Source: Candidatus Eiseniibacteriota bacterium
Lineage (GTDB): Bacteria > Eisenbacteria > RBG-16-71-46
Direction: 5' to 3'
Length of the DNA: 64,000 bases
Assembly (NCBI GenBank): GCA_963776245.1
Contig: CAVZLN010000006.1
Coordinates: 224,001-288,000 of the forward strand
The translations under genes and the position numbers were made by a program. Below are positions 8,945 through 19,387 of the stretch, piece by piece; within the stretch, counting starts at the first letter, position 1; every line of letters begins with the position of its first letter. The notes beneath the pieces were generated by a model that had not been told where the DNA came from, ran no database searches, and saw nothing but the letters and a program-made list of their open reading frames with translations.

Positions 8945-10381
8945 TCAGGCGACCCGCCGGCGGAAGCGTGCCGGCAGGATGTTGAGTTGCTCGCGGTACT
9001 TCGCCACCGTGCGCCGGGCGATCTTCAGCCCGCGCCGGTGGAGCAGTTCGGCGATGTGCTGGTCGGAGAGCGGCTCCTTCTTGTCCTCCTCGTCGATGAG
9101 GGTCCGGATGACGTCCTTGGCGGAGCGCGCCGAGACATCCTCGCCATCCTCGGTCTCGAGCCCGCTCGAGAAGAAGAACTTCAGTTCGAACACGCCGCGC
9201 GGCGTCTGCACGTATTTCCCGCTGCACACCCGGCTCACGGTGGACTCGTGCATGTCGATCTGCCGGGCCACCTGCTGGAGCGTGAGGGGGCGCAGGAACG
9301 CGATGCCCTTGTCGAAGAACTCGCGCTGCTCGCGGATGATGCAGTTCATCACCTTGATCATCGTGCGGCGGCGCTGCTCGATGGTCTGGATGAGCCAGCG
9401 CGCAGAGTTCAGCTTGCCCTGGATGTACTCGCGCGTCTTCTGCTCGCCGGCCGTCGCGTCGGCCTTCTTCTTCTCGCGCAGCACGCCCTCGTAGGCCGAC
9501 GAGATACGCAGGCGGGGCAGATGCCGGTCGTTGAGCAGGACGACGTACTCGTCGTCGACGCGCTCCACCAGCAGATCGGGCACCACGTACTTCGGGTCCT
9601 CGCTCGACACCTGGAAGCCCGGCTTCGGATTGAGCGTGGCGATGACGTCCGCGGCCGCCTGCACCTCCTCGACCGTGCACTTGAGCTGGCGCGCGATCTC
9701 GGGGAAGCGGCGATTGACGAGGTTGTCGAACTGGTCGTGGATGAGCCGCCACGGCAGCGTGTCGAGGTCACCGCGTGCCGTGAGCTGGAGCAGCAGGCAC
9801 TCCCGCAGGTCGCGCGCCCCCACCCCGGTGGGCTCCAGCGTCTGGATCACCTGCAGCCCCGCCTCGATGTCCTCCATCGGGTAGCCGACCGCCTGGGCGA
9901 TCTCGTCGAACGGCGTGGCCACGAACCCGCGGTCGTCGAGCGAACCGACGAGGAACTCGCACACCGTGAGCCGTTCGGGCGTCAGGTCGAGGAAGTGGAG
10001 CTGCTCGAGCAGCGACTCGGCGAGCGTGGTCCGCGTCACCGGGACCTTCTCGAGGAACTCCTGCACGGTCTCGCTCTCGGGGATGTACGCGCGGTCGAGC
10101 GCGCCGTCCTGCATGTAGTCCGACCAGTCGATCGGGTCGTCCTCGGCCGGGTCCTCGGACTCCTGGTTCGCGGTCTCCTCGGGTGAGTCCTCCTTGTCGA
10201 GGTCCTCGCTGTCGACGATCTCGTCGACCTCCTCGAGCAGCGGGTTCTGCATGATCTCCTGCTTGAGGATGAGCTGGAGTTCCAGCGTCGGCACCTGGAG
10301 CAGCTTCAGGGCCTGCTGGAGCCGCGGCGTCATGATGAGCGCCGGCCGCATCGACAGGTTCAGCGAGGGTTTCATTTCCAT
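8945..10381 (-). CDS. rpoN: RNA polymerase sigma-54 factor
   Basis: Region I LQQALKLLQ, HESTVSR and the RpoN box ARRTVAKYRE. Confidence 0.98.
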   Translation of the reverse strand: MEMKPSLNLSMRPALIMTPRLQQALKLLQVPTLELQLILKQEIMQNPLLEEVDEIVDSEDLDKEDSPEETANQESEDPAEDDPIDWSDYMQDGALDRAYIPESETVQEFLEKVPVTRTTLAESLLEQLHFLDLTPERLTVCEFLVGSLDDRGFVATPFDEIAQAVGYPMEDIEAGLQVIQTLEPTGVGARDLRECLLLQLTARGDLDTLPWRLIHDQFDNLVNRRFPEIARQLKCTVEEVQAAADVIATLNPKPGFQVSSEDPKYVVPDLLVERVDDEYVVLLNDRHLPRLRISSAYEGVLREKKKADATAGEQKTREYIQGKLNSARWLIQTIEQRRRTMIKVMNCIIREQREFFDKGIAFLRPLTLQQVARQIDMHESTVSRVCSGKYVQTPRGVFELKFFFSSGLETEDGEDVSARSAKDVIRTLIDEEDKKEPLSDQHIAELLHRRGLKIARRTVAKYREQLNILPARFRRRVA

Positions 10382-10396
10382 GGAGGGGTCCCGAGG

Positions 10397-11161
10397 CTAG
10401 AGGCTGAAGCGCTCGCCGAGGTAGATCTCCCGTGCGCGGGCATCCTGGGCCAGCTCTTCGGCACTGCCCTGGAGCAGGATGCGCCCTTCGTGCATGATGT
10501 ACGCGCGGTCGGTGATCCGGAGCGTCTCCCGGACGTTGTGGTCGGTGATGAGCACGCCGAGCCCGCGATCGCGCAGTCGGCCGACGATATCCTGGATCTC
10601 GGCGACCGCGATCGGATCGATGCCCACGAACGGCTCATCGAGCAGCATGTAGGATGGCTCGCGCGCCAGCGCGCGCGTGATCTCGACGCGGCGGCGCTCG
10701 CCGCCGGACAGCTTCGAGGCCGACCGGCTGGCGAGGTGAGTCAGATTGAGGTCGTCGAGCAGCTGGTCGAGCCGCTCCTGGCGCCGCCTCGGGGTGAGAT
10801 CCATGGTCTCGAGCACCGCGAGGACGTTGTCGCGCACGTTGAGGCGCCGGAAGATGCTCGACTCCTGCGCCAGGTAGCCGAGGCCCATGCGCGCGCGGCG
10901 GTACACCGGCTCGTGGGTGATGTCCTTCCCCTCGAGCACGATGCGGCCCTCGGCGGGCCGCAGCAGCCCGACGATCATGTAGAACGAGGTGGTCTTGCCC
11001 GCGCCGTTCGGACCGAGCAGCCCCACCACCTCGCCGCGCTTCACGTCGATGGTCACGTCGCTGACGACGCGCCACTTGCCGTAATAGCGCACGAGGTGTT
11101 CGGCCACCAGCCCGGGCCGGTCGTCGGGCGGACGGGCGGGCGGGATCGGGAGGTCGCTCAT
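10397..11161 (-). CDS. lptB: LPS export ABC ATPase
   Basis: GPNGAGKTT, LSGGERRR, LLDEPFVGIDP and ITDHNVRET; upstream of rpoN. Confidence 0.96.
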   Translation of the reverse strand: MSDLPIPPARPPDDRPGLVAEHLVRYYGKWRVVSDVTIDVKRGEVVGLLGPNGAGKTTSFYMIVGLLRPAEGRIVLEGKDITHEPVYRRARMGLGYLAQESSIFRRLNVRDNVLAVLETMDLTPRRRQERLDQLLDDLNLTHLASRSASKLSGGERRRVEITRALAREPSYMLLDEPFVGIDPIAVAEIQDIVGRLRDRGLGVLITDHNVRETLRITDRAYIMHEGRILLQGSAEELAQDARAREIYLGERFSL

Positions 11162-11751
11162 CGCTTTCCCCCCGCGGGGCCGACGAGGCCGCCGGAGCGC
11201 GTGCGCACCACCGCGTTCACGTCGCGCTTGAACTCGAAGTGGCGCAATCCGGGATCGCTCTCGAAGCCGTAGCCGGTGAGCACGTCTCCCTCGCGATCGA
11301 CCCGCACCAGCTGGTCGTCGGGCACCACGATCCGCTGGCTCGTATTGTCGACCCGCATCTCCTCGGCGGTCATGCGCGTGCCCTCGGCGCTCTTGAGCAC
11401 CACGCCGCCGCGCGCGGTCATGTCGCGCGTGGACTGGTTCACCTCGCCCTCGCGCGCCGTGAGCGTGGACGAGGCCTTGCCCTCGTGGTCGAAGAAGTCC
11501 ACCCGCACCCCGCGCGCGACGATGATGTTGCGCGCGGAGTAGGTGGCGGCATGGCGCGCGAACAGCGTCCAGGCGGGCGTGCCCTCATCGGTCTCGGTGA
11601 GCACGAAGTCGCTCACCTCCTGGTCCGGCAATTCCCCGCTCGACGCTGCCGGACTGCGCACCGGGGTCCTCCCGCAGCCCATCGCCAGGCCCGCCGCGAG
11701 GAGCACGGCGAGGCCCGTCAGGGCGAGTCGCGGGAAGCGGGAAGTACGCAT
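11158..11751 (-). CDS. lptC: LPS export periplasmic protein LptC
   Basis: N-terminal hydrophobic segment ending in a lipobox-like LAMGC, beta-jellyroll-like body, GYGFESDP; located between kdsD and lptB. Confidence 0.8.
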   Translation of the reverse strand: MRTSRFPRLALTGLAVLLAAGLAMGCGRTPVRSPAASSGELPDQEVSDFVLTETDEGTPAWTLFARHAATYSARNIIVARGVRVDFFDHEGKASSTLTAREGEVNQSTRDMTARGGVVLKSAEGTRMTAEEMRVDNTSQRIVVPDDQLVRVDREGDVLTGYGFESDPGLRHFEFKRDVNAVVRTRSGGLVGPAGGKR

Positions 11752-11803
11752 CGGGGACCTCGTTCGGCACGTCGGTCGGATCGCGGGTGAGGCGTCGAGC
11801 GCC

Positions 11804-11832
11804 ACGCTAACAAAGGGTCCGCGGCATCGCAA
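11804..11832 (-). promoter_or_regulatory. Putative sigma70 promoter of the lptC-lptB-rpoN operon
   Basis: Minus strand TTGCGA-N17-TAGCGT with a TGn extended -10. Confidence 0.55.
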
Positions 11833-11847
11833 GCACGGCCTGTGCCA
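11832..11847 (-). promoter_or_regulatory. Sigma54 -24/-12 element
   Basis: Minus strand TGGCACAGGCCGTGCT, with GG-N10-GC spacing and a perfect TGGCAC. Confidence 0.65.
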
Positions 11848-11953
11848 GAGATCTCGGAAGCCTGCCCATGGGGGTTATCGGGCTGATGAGTCACCGACTT
11901 GACCGCCGGGCGACGCGCGCGTCGGCGGGTGGTGGACCGGTCCACCGCCCGCG

Positions 11954-12934
11954 TCACCCCCCGGCGCGCAGGCAGTCGTGCAGGTGGAGCACCCCCAGCG
12001 GGCGCCGGTCGCCATCCACCACGACGAGCGCGGTGATCGGGCCGCCCGGACGTTCCTCCATCATGCGCACGGCCGCGGCGACCAGGGCGTCGGGCGCGAT
12101 CGTGCTGGGCGAGCGTCCCATCACGTCGGCCGCGGTGAGCGACCACGGGTCGGCGTGCTTCATCAGGATGCGCTTGAAGTCGCCGTCCGTGACCACGCCG
12201 GCGAGCCGCCCGGCGTCGTCGCGCACCGTCGTGATCCCGAGCCGCTTGTCCATGATCTCGATCATCACCTCGCGCAGCCCGGCCCGCTCGCCCACCGCGG
12301 GCAGGCGCTCCCGGTCGTGCATCAGCTCCTCGACCCGGCGCGAGGCGGCGCGCCCGATCACCCCGCCCGGATGCAGGAACCGGAAGTCCTCGGGGCGGAA
12401 GCCGCGCCGCTCGAGCAGGGCCACCGCCAGGCAGTCGCCCATCACCTGCGCCACCGTGATGCTGGTGGTGGGGGTCAGTTCCATCGGACAGGCCTCGCGC
12501 ACCGGGCCGGTCAGGAGCGTGACCCGCGCCCTCCGCGCCAGCGCCCCGCCCGGGGTCGCGACCAGGGCGATCATCGGGATCCCGTGCCGCTCGAGATAGG
12601 GCATCAGCGCGAGCAGTTCGTCGCTGGCGGCGCTCTTCGAGATGAACAGCGCGGCGTCGCCGGGCGAGAACAGCCCCGCGTCGCCATGCAGGGCATCCGC
12701 CGGGTGCAGGAACACCGCCGGGGTCCCGGTGCTGGTGAGCGTGGCGGCGAGCTTGTGCGCGAGCAGCCCGGACTTGCCGACCCCCGAGACGATCACCTTG
12801 CCGCGGCACGCCGCGAGCAGCTCCACCGCGGCCACGAACGCGTCGCCGAGGCGACCCTCGAGCGCGGCCACCGCCGCGGCCTCGATGCGCACCACCTCGC
12901 GCGCGCGCTCCAGCAGCCGCTCCGCCGCCGTCAC
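11954..12934 (-). CDS. kdsD: Arabinose-5-phosphate isomerase (KpsF/GutQ; SIS + CBS)
   Basis: GVGKSG, HPADALHGD, PTTS and HPGG motifs, followed by two CBS domains. The GTG overlaps the kdsC stop. Confidence 0.94.
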   Translation of the reverse strand: MTAAERLLERAREVVRIEAAAVAALEGRLGDAFVAAVELLAACRGKVIVSGVGKSGLLAHKLAATLTSTGTPAVFLHPADALHGDAGLFSPGDAALFISKSAASDELLALMPYLERHGIPMIALVATPGGALARRARVTLLTGPVREACPMELTPTTSITVAQVMGDCLAVALLERRGFRPEDFRFLHPGGVIGRAASRRVEELMHDRERLPAVGERAGLREVMIEIMDKRLGITTVRDDAGRLAGVVTDGDFKRILMKHADPWSLTAADVMGRSPSTIAPDALVAAAVRMMEERPGGPITALVVVDGDRRPLGVLHLHDCLRAGG

Positions 12935-13470
12935 AGCGCCTCGTAGCGCGTCAGGACGCGCTCCCACGTGCCGTTGTGGCGCAGCACCGCCTCCGCCACC
13001 TCGCGCACCGCGCCGTACCCGGCGCGCGCCCGCGTGACGCCGCGCGCGAACCCGAGCACCTCGGGCGAGGAGTCGGCGACCGCGATCGGCCAGCCGACCC
13101 GCCTCAGCATCGGCACGTCGGGCAGGTCGTCGCCCACCATCACGCACTCGTCCCAGCGCACGCCCTCGCGCGCCAGCACCCGCTCGGCCACCGCCACCTT
13201 GTCCTTGATGCCGAGGTAGTGCTCGAGCCGGAGGTCCTGCATGCGGGCGACCACCGCCAGCGAGTCGCGCCCCGAGATCACGACCGGCAGCACGCCCTGC
13301 TCACGCGCCCACTCGAGCGCGAGTCCGTCGCGCACCCAGAAGTGGCGCAGGTCGCCCTGACCGCTGAAGCCGATGATCCCGTCGGTGAGCGTGCCGTCCA
13401 CGTCGAGGAACAGCACCTTGACCGGGCCCGGGAACGGGCAGACCAGCGGGTGGGTCGTCGCGTCAGGCAC
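12931..13470 (-). CDS. kdsC: KDO-8-phosphate phosphatase (HAD)
   Basis: DVDGTLTDG, GDDLPD and GAVREVAE. Confidence 0.93.
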   Translation of the reverse strand: MPDATTHPLVCPFPGPVKVLFLDVDGTLTDGIIGFSGQGDLRHFWVRDGLALEWAREQGVLPVVISGRDSLAVVARMQDLRLEHYLGIKDKVAVAERVLAREGVRWDECVMVGDDLPDVPMLRRVGWPIAVADSSPEVLGFARGVTRARAGYGAVREVAEAVLRHNGTWERVLTRYEAL

Positions 13471-14284
13471 GCGGGGCCCCCTCCACCGCCGCGCGCACGC
13501 GCAGCGCCTCGTCGAGGAACCGCTCGGCCTGATCGAGCGGCAGCTGGGTGGCGGCGTCGGACAGCGCCCGGGCCGGATCCGGATGGGTCTCGAAGAACAG
13601 ACCGTCGATGCCGCACGCGACCGCGGCGCGCATCAGCGGGAACGCGAAGCGCCGGTCGCCGCCCGTCTCGGCGCCGCCCGGCCGTTGCAGGCTGTGCGTG
13701 GCGTCGTACACCACCGGCCACCCCAGCTCGCGCATCACCACCAGCGAGCGCATGTCCACCACCAGGTCCCCGTAGCCGAAGCTGGCCCCGCGCTCGGTGA
13801 GCATCACCTGGCGGCCGCCCGCGCCGGTGATCTTGTCCACCGCGTGGCGCAGGTCGGCGGGCGCGAGGAACTGCCCCTTCTTCACGTTCACTGGTCGTCC
13901 GCTGCGGGCCGCGGCCTCGAGCAGCGCGGTCTGCCGGCACAGGAACGCGGGGATCTGGAGCACGTCGGCCACCGCGGCGGCGGCGGCGACCTCGCCGGTC
14001 TCATGCACGTCGGTCAGCACCGGGACGCCCAGTTCGCGCTTCACCTTCTCGAGCACCGCGAGCGACGCGTCCATCCCCAGCCCGCTGAAGGCGCCCGCGC
14101 TCGTGCGGTTGGCCTTGCGGTAGGAGGCCTTGAAGACGAACGGCACTCGGCGCGCGGCGCACAGGTCGCGCAATCGCTGCGCGACGGCGAGGCACATCGC
14201 CTCGCTCTCGACCACGCACGGGCCGGCGAGCACGAACAGGTCAGACCCGCCCAGCGTGGCCCCACCGACCGTGAACGCGCTCAT
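13463..14284 (-). CDS. kdsA: KDO-8-phosphate synthase
   Basis: [28 protein letters not shown] and DATHS. Confidence 0.96.
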   Translation of the reverse strand: MSAFTVGGATLGGSDLFVLAGPCVVESEAMCLAVAQRLRDLCAARRVPFVFKASYRKANRTSAGAFSGLGMDASLAVLEKVKRELGVPVLTDVHETGEVAAAAAVADVLQIPAFLCRQTALLEAAARSGRPVNVKKGQFLAPADLRHAVDKITGAGGRQVMLTERGASFGYGDLVVDMRSLVVMRELGWPVVYDATHSLQRPGGAETGGDRRFAFPLMRAAVACGIDGLFFETHPDPARALSDAATQLPLDQAERFLDEALRVRAAVEGAPRA

Positions 14285-15951
14285 CGCGGGGGCGCCTGGG
14301 CCGGCTCGGCGGTCCGCGGGGGCGCGGTCGCGGCGCGTTCGCCGCCGAGCCGCACGCGGCGGCGTTCGAGCGCGGCGCGCACGAAGTCGCAGAACAGCGG
14401 GTGGGGCTCGTAGGGGCGCGACTTGAGCTCGGGATGGAACTGGACCGCGAGGTACCACGGGTGGTCGGGCAGCTCGATGATCTCGACCAGCTCGCGCCCG
14501 ACGCAGCGCCCCGACAGCACCAGCCCGCGCGACTGGAGCTGCGACGCGTACTTGTTGTTGAACTCGTAGCGGTGCCGGTGGCGCTCCTCGACCTCGGCCC
14601 GGCCGTAGGCGCGCGCCGCGAGGGTGCCCTCGCGCAGCGCGCACCGATAGGCGCCCAGCCGCATCGTGCCGCCCTTCTCGATCACCCCGGCCTGCTCGCT
14701 CAGCAGGTCGATGACCTTCTGGGGCGCCGCGGGATCGAACTCCGAGGAGTTCGCCTCCTGCCAGCCGGCCACGTGGCGCGCGAACTCGATGGTGGCCACC
14801 TGCATGCCGAGGCACAGCCCGAAATACGGGATGCCCCGCTCGCGCGCGTACTGCGCGGCGGCGATCTTGCCCTCGATGCCGCGCTCGCCGAAGCCGCCCG
14901 GCACCAGCACGCCGTCCAGGTCGGCGAGGAAGTGCGCCGCTCCCCGCTGCTCGATCTCCTCGCCCTCGATCCAGCGCAGTTCCACCCGCGCCCGGTTGGC
15001 CGCGCCGGCATGCACGAACGACTCCATGATGCTCTTGTACGCGTCGCGCACGTGGGTGTACTTGCCCACCACGCCGATGAGGCACTCGCGCTCGGGATGG
15101 TTCACGCGCTGCACGAAGTCGTCCCACGCCTGGAGGTCGGGCTCGCCGGTCTCCAGCCCCAACTCGCGCACCACGAACGCGTCGAGCCCGCCCTCGTGGA
15201 ACACCCGCGGGACCTCGTAGATGCTCGACACGTCGGTGGCGGGGATGACGGCGTCGGTGGGCACGTTGCAGAACAGCGCGATCTTCTCCTTCACCTCGCT
15301 GCTCAGCTCGACCTCGCTGCGGCACAGCAGCACGTCGGGCTGGATGCCGATCTCGCGCAGCTCCTTGACCGAGTGCTGCGTCGGCTTGGTCTTGACCTCG
15401 CCCGCGGCCTTGATGAACGGCACCAGCGTGACGTGCACGAACAGCACCTCGCGGCGGTGTTCGAGCTTGAGCTGGCGGACCGCCTCGAGGAACGGCAGCG
15501 ACTCGATGTCGCCCACCGTGCCCCCGATCTCGACGATGATCACGTCCGCGTCGGTGGCGAGCGCGAGCCCGGTGATGCGGCGCTTGATCTCGTCGGTGAC
15601 GTGCGGGATGACCTGCACCGTGCGCCCCAGGTAGTCGCCGCGGCGCTCCTTCGAGAGGATGGAGTCGTACACCTGGCCGGCGGTGACGTTGTGGCTGCGC
15701 GTCACGGCGGTGCCGGTGAAGCGCTCGTAGTGCCCGAGGTCGAGGTCGGTCTCGGCGCCGTCGTCGGTGACGAACACCTCGCCGTGCTGGAACGGACTCA
15801 TGGTGCCGGGATCGATGTTGAGGTAGGGATCGAGCTTCTGGATCGTCACCCGCAGCCCGCGCGCCTTGAGCAGCAGTCCGAGCGAGGCCGCGGCGATCCC
15901 CTTGCCGAGCGAGGAGACGACGCCTCCCGTCACCACCACGATCTTGACCAT
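14281..15951 (-). CDS. pyrG: CTP synthase
   Basis: [27 protein letters not shown] and QFHPE. Confidence 0.98.
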   Translation of the reverse strand: MVKIVVVTGGVVSSLGKGIAAASLGLLLKARGLRVTIQKLDPYLNIDPGTMSPFQHGEVFVTDDGAETDLDLGHYERFTGTAVTRSHNVTAGQVYDSILSKERRGDYLGRTVQVIPHVTDEIKRRITGLALATDADVIIVEIGGTVGDIESLPFLEAVRQLKLEHRREVLFVHVTLVPFIKAAGEVKTKPTQHSVKELREIGIQPDVLLCRSEVELSSEVKEKIALFCNVPTDAVIPATDVSSIYEVPRVFHEGGLDAFVVRELGLETGEPDLQAWDDFVQRVNHPERECLIGVVGKYTHVRDAYKSIMESFVHAGAANRARVELRWIEGEEIEQRGAAHFLADLDGVLVPGGFGERGIEGKIAAAQYARERGIPYFGLCLGMQVATIEFARHVAGWQEANSSEFDPAAPQKVIDLLSEQAGVIEKGGTMRLGAYRCALREGTLAARAYGRAEVEERHRHRYEFNNKYASQLQSRGLVLSGRCVGRELVEIIELPDHPWYLAVQFHPELKSRPYEPHPLFCDFVRAALERRRVRLGGERAATAPPRTAEPAQAPPR

Positions 15952-15989
15952 CGGCTCTCCCCTCTCGATCGCCCGGGCGGACCGCGCGA

Positions 15990-16739
15990 TCACCCGAGCG
16001 GACCCCTTCTCTCCAGGGCGGCCATCTGCTCGGGGGTGTCCACGCCCGCGAACGGATGCTCGCCCATCACCACCCTGATGCGCACCCCGCGCTCGAGCGC
16101 GCGGAGCTGCTCGAGGCGCTCGGCCCGCTCGAGCGTACCGGGCGGCCACGACGCGAATTCGAGCAGCAGGTCGCGCCGGAAGGCGTACACCCCGGCGTGG
16201 CGCAGCGCCGGCCCGCCCCGCGAGGCGCCGGCGAGATCCGCACGGGAAAAGTAGAGCGCGAAGCCCGCCGCGTCCACCACCACCTTGACCACGTCCGCGC
16301 TCGCGAAGCGCGCCGCGTCGGGCTCGTGGTGCGCCACGGTGCCCATCCGCACCGAGGGATCCGCGCGCATCGCCGCGACCAGCGCGGTGACCGCTCCGGT
16401 CTCGAGCTCGGGCTCGTCTCCCTGCAGGTTGAGCACGATGCCGAACCCGGGACGCCGCCGTGCCACCTCGGCCACGCGGTCGGTGCCGCTCGCGCAGTCG
16501 GGCGAGGTTCGCTCGACGACGGCGCCGAAGGCGCGGGCGGCCGACTCGATGCGGTCGTCGTCGGTGGCGATCACCAGCGCGTCGACGCCGCGCGCGGCGG
16601 CCGCCCGCTCCCACACGTGCTGGACCATGGGCTTGCCCCACAGCCGCGCCAGCGGCTTGCCGGGGAAACGGGACGCGCCGTACCGGGCGGGGATCACGCC
16701 CAGGACGGCGCTCGCGTTCGCAGCTCCATGCTCGTGCAT
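15990..16739 (-). CDS. kdsB: CMP-KDO synthetase
   Basis: [27 protein letters not shown] and ERLEQLRAL. Confidence 0.95.
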   Translation of the reverse strand: MHEHGAANASAVLGVIPARYGASRFPGKPLARLWGKPMVQHVWERAAAARGVDALVIATDDDRIESAARAFGAVVERTSPDCASGTDRVAEVARRRPGFGIVLNLQGDEPELETGAVTALVAAMRADPSVRMGTVAHHEPDAARFASADVVKVVVDAAGFALYFSRADLAGASRGGPALRHAGVYAFRRDLLLEFASWPPGTLERAERLEQLRALERGVRIRVVMGEHPFAGVDTPEQMAALERRGPLG

Positions 16740-16819
16740 GGACCGGCAAGGTAGCACACCGGCGCGCGTCACGTCAGGCGCTCCGGAGGTGGCGGCAGGC
16801 CCCGCCCGCTCGCTCGCGA

Positions 16820-16845
16820 GTCGCCGGGGGCGCTCCCCCGGCGAC
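16820..16845. terminator. GC-rich hairpin downstream of mdh, possible terminator
   Basis: Perfect 11-bp stem GTCGCCGGGGG-CGCT-CCCCCGGCGAC. No clear U-tract on the minus strand. Confidence 0.4.
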
Positions 16846-16872
16846 CCGTTCGTTCTCGACTCCTGTGGGGCC

Positions 16873-17805
16873 TCAGCCGCCCAGTTCGGCGATCATGTCG
16901 GACACGTCCTTGCCGCTCTTCTGGAGCGCCGCGGACTCCTCGGCCGACAGCTTGAGCTGGATGATGCGCTCGACGCCCTTGCCGCCGAGCAGGATGGGCA
17001 CCCCGATGAACAGGCCCTTCATGCCGTACTCGCCCTCGAGCAGCACCGAGCAGGGCACCAGGCGCTTCTGGTCGGTGAGGATGGCCTCGGCCATCTCGAC
17101 CGCGCTCATCGCCGGCGCGTAGTAGGCCGAACCGGTCTTGAGCAGCTTCACGATCTCGGCGCCGCCGTTCGCGGTGCGGGTGATGATCTCCTGGATCTTC
17201 TCGGCCGGCAGCAGCTCGGACACCGCGATCCCGCTGACCGTGGTGTAGCGCGGCATCGGCACCATGGAGTCGCCGTGCCCGCCGAGCACCATCGCGTCGA
17301 CGTCCGCCGCCGACACGCCCAGCTCCATCGCGATGAACGCACGCATGCGCGCCGAGTCGAGGATCCCGGCCATGCCGAGCACGCGCTGCTTCGGGAGACC
17401 CGAGGTCTTCCAGAACAGCCACGCCATCACGTCGAGCGGATTGGTCACGACGATGACGTACGCGTTCGGCGCGTGCCGCTTCACCGCCTCGGCCGCCGGC
17501 TTGATGATGTCGGCGTTGGCCTTGAGCAGGTCGCTGCGCGACATGCCGGGCTTGCGCGGGAAGCCCGCGGTCATGATCACGACGTCGGCGCCCGCCACCG
17601 CGGCGAGGTTGTCGGCGCCCTCGAGGCGCCCGCCCTTGTGCCAGATCGGGGTGGCCTGCTGCATGTCGAGGGCCTTGCCCTTGGGCATGCCCTCCATCTC
17701 GGGACGGTCGATGAGCACCACGTCCGCGAGCCCACGCTCGGCCACGTAGAGCGCGGCGCTCGCGCCGACGTTACCGGCACCGATGACGGCGACCTTGTTC
17801 TTCAC
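16873..17805 (-). CDS. mdh: Malate dehydrogenase (LDH-like)
   Basis: GAGNVG, PRKPGMSRSDLL, VTNPLD and GGHGD. Confidence 0.96.
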   Translation of the reverse strand: MKNKVAVIGAGNVGASAALYVAERGLADVVLIDRPEMEGMPKGKALDMQQATPIWHKGGRLEGADNLAAVAGADVVIMTAGFPRKPGMSRSDLLKANADIIKPAAEAVKRHAPNAYVIVVTNPLDVMAWLFWKTSGLPKQRVLGMAGILDSARMRAFIAMELGVSAADVDAMVLGGHGDSMVPMPRYTTVSGIAVSELLPAEKIQEIITRTANGGAEIVKLLKTGSAYYAPAMSAVEMAEAILTDQKRLVPCSVLLEGEYGMKGLFIGVPILLGGKGVERIIQLKLSAEESAALQKSGKDVSDMIAELGG

Positions 17806-17912
17806 GGGATCCCTCCGGTTGATGGATGCGGCCCGCCCTTCAATCGAAACGCCGCGTCGCCATGAGCCGGGAGGCCCGTGGAGACGCGGCGCCGGAGCGG
17901 GAAACCTCGGTA

Positions 17913-18185
17913 TCAGTTCGTAGCGGCCGACGCGGGCGGCACCACGTGCACCTTGCGGCGGGTGCCGTGATAGCGCGTGAACTTGACCTCGCCGTCGATC
18001 ATCGCGAACAGCGTGTCGTCCTTGCCCAGCCCGACATTGAGACCGGGGAAGAAGCGGGTGCCGCGCTGGCGGACGATGATGCTGCCCGCGCTCACGCGTT
18101 CGCCGCCGAAGCGCTTCACGCCGAGGCGCTGCGCGTTCGACTCGCGTCCGTTGCGCGACGAGGACTGGCCCTTTTTGTGTGCCAT
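17913..18185 (-). CDS. rpmA: 50S ribosomal protein L27
   Basis: [24 protein letters not shown]. Confidence 0.98.
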   Translation of the reverse strand: MAHKKGQSSSRNGRESNAQRLGVKRFGGERVSAGSIIVRQRGTRFFPGLNVGLGKDDTLFAMIDGEVKFTRYHGTRRKVHVVPPASAATN

Positions 18186-18199
18186 GACGGGTGCTCCCT

Positions 18200-18511
18200 C
18201 TAAGCCTGGATGCCGGTCACGCGGATGCGCGTGAGCTCGTCGCGGTGACCGCGGCGGCGGCGGTAGGCGCGCCGGCGCTTGAACTTGAAGATGCGCAGCT
18301 TGGGGCCGCGGAAGTGCTCGACCACCTCGGCGGTGGCCCGGGCGCCCGTCACGTAGGGCTGTCCGACCGCGATCCGGTCGCCGTCGGAGACCATGAGCAC
18401 CTGGTCGAAGGTGAGCTTCTGCCCGGGCTCCCCGCTGAGCAGGGCGACCGAGATCACGGTGTCCGGCTCGACCTTCGTCTGGACCCCGTTGATGTTGACG
18501 ATGGCGTACAT
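18200..18511 (-). CDS. rplU: 50S ribosomal protein L21
   Basis: MYAIV...[16 protein letters not shown], adjacent to rpmA. Confidence 0.96.
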   Translation of the reverse strand: MYAIVNINGVQTKVEPDTVISVALLSGEPGQKLTFDQVLMVSDGDRIAVGQPYVTGARATAEVVEHFRGPKLRIFKFKRRRAYRRRRGHRDELTRIRVTGIQA

Positions 18512-18618
18512 GAGCAGCGTTCTCCCTGCCACGCGATGGGTCTTGGAGCGGCGCACGAGGGCGGCCGCACGGCCGCAAGGCCGGCGCTCGGCCCCGTCAG
18601 GCGCACACGAAGGGTGAG

Positions 18619-18648
18619 TTTCTATCATGCGGCGCCTCGGGCTGTCAA
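18619..18648 (-). promoter_or_regulatory. Putative sigma70 promoter of rplU-rpmA
   Basis: Minus strand TTGACA-N18-TAGAAA with TGn. Confidence 0.5.
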
Positions 18649-18772
18649 CGGACGCGGCCCTCCACGGGCGGTGTCCGGGGGCGCCGGAGGAGCGCTTCCC
18701 CCCGCGACGCGGGGGGCGGTTTGAGGCACACTGGCGCGCGTCCGCCGTACCCACTCCGCCCACGGAGGCCTC

Positions 18773-19372
18773 ATGCGCGCCCGCTCCGCGTCCCTGTGGT
18801 TCGCCCTCGGCATCATCGCCGGCAGCCTGGCCTGCGGGCCGGCGCTCACCGCGCAGCCCGGTCCCGGCTCGCCCGGGGTCCCGCCCGCGTCCGCCCGGTC
18901 CCCGCTCGGCCTCCCTCGCAGCGTGGTCGGCGGGAGCGGCTACTCCCCGCTGCTGCTCGACCGGGCCGACCTGGAGTTCGGCACCACGGTCCAGTACGCG
19001 CGCATCCCCACGCTCCTCGAGCTCGACGACCTGCGCTTCGTGCCGGGCCTCGCCCACGTGGTGCTGGTGCTCGACCGCTGGCCACCCGAGTTCGCGCCGC
19101 TCGAGGCGCTCAATCGCCTGCCGCGGGAGACCGACCTCATCGTGGTGCTCCCGGGCTATCCCCCCAGCCGCGGCGCCGCCGACGCGTGGAACCTGCTCGA
19201 CACCCGCGCGCGCCTGGTGGTGGTGGCCGACGGCCCGCCCCCCACCGGCGTCGCGCACGACCTCAACGCCATGCGTGGCCTGGAGCGGGTGATCGTGAAC
19301 ACCGACGAGCCGAGCCGCGCCGGCCTCGAGCGCCTGCAGCGCCCGGTGACGTTCCGCGTGGTGCGGGAGTAG
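18773..19372 (+). CDS. Hypothetical exported protein
   Basis: GGAGG SD, signal-peptide-like N-terminus, Pro-rich linker and an alpha/beta-like body. GC3-biased codons. No family recognised. Confidence 0.75.
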   Translation: MRARSASLWFALGIIAGSLACGPALTAQPGPGSPGVPPASARSPLGLPRSVVGGSGYSPLLLDRADLEFGTTVQYARIPTLLELDDLRFVPGLAHVVLVLDRWPPEFAPLEALNRLPRETDLIVVLPGYPPSRGAADAWNLLDTRARLVVVADGPPPTGVAHDLNAMRGLERVIVNTDEPSRAGLERLQRPVTFRVVRE

Positions 19373-19387
19373 CGCGAGCGGCGGCGC

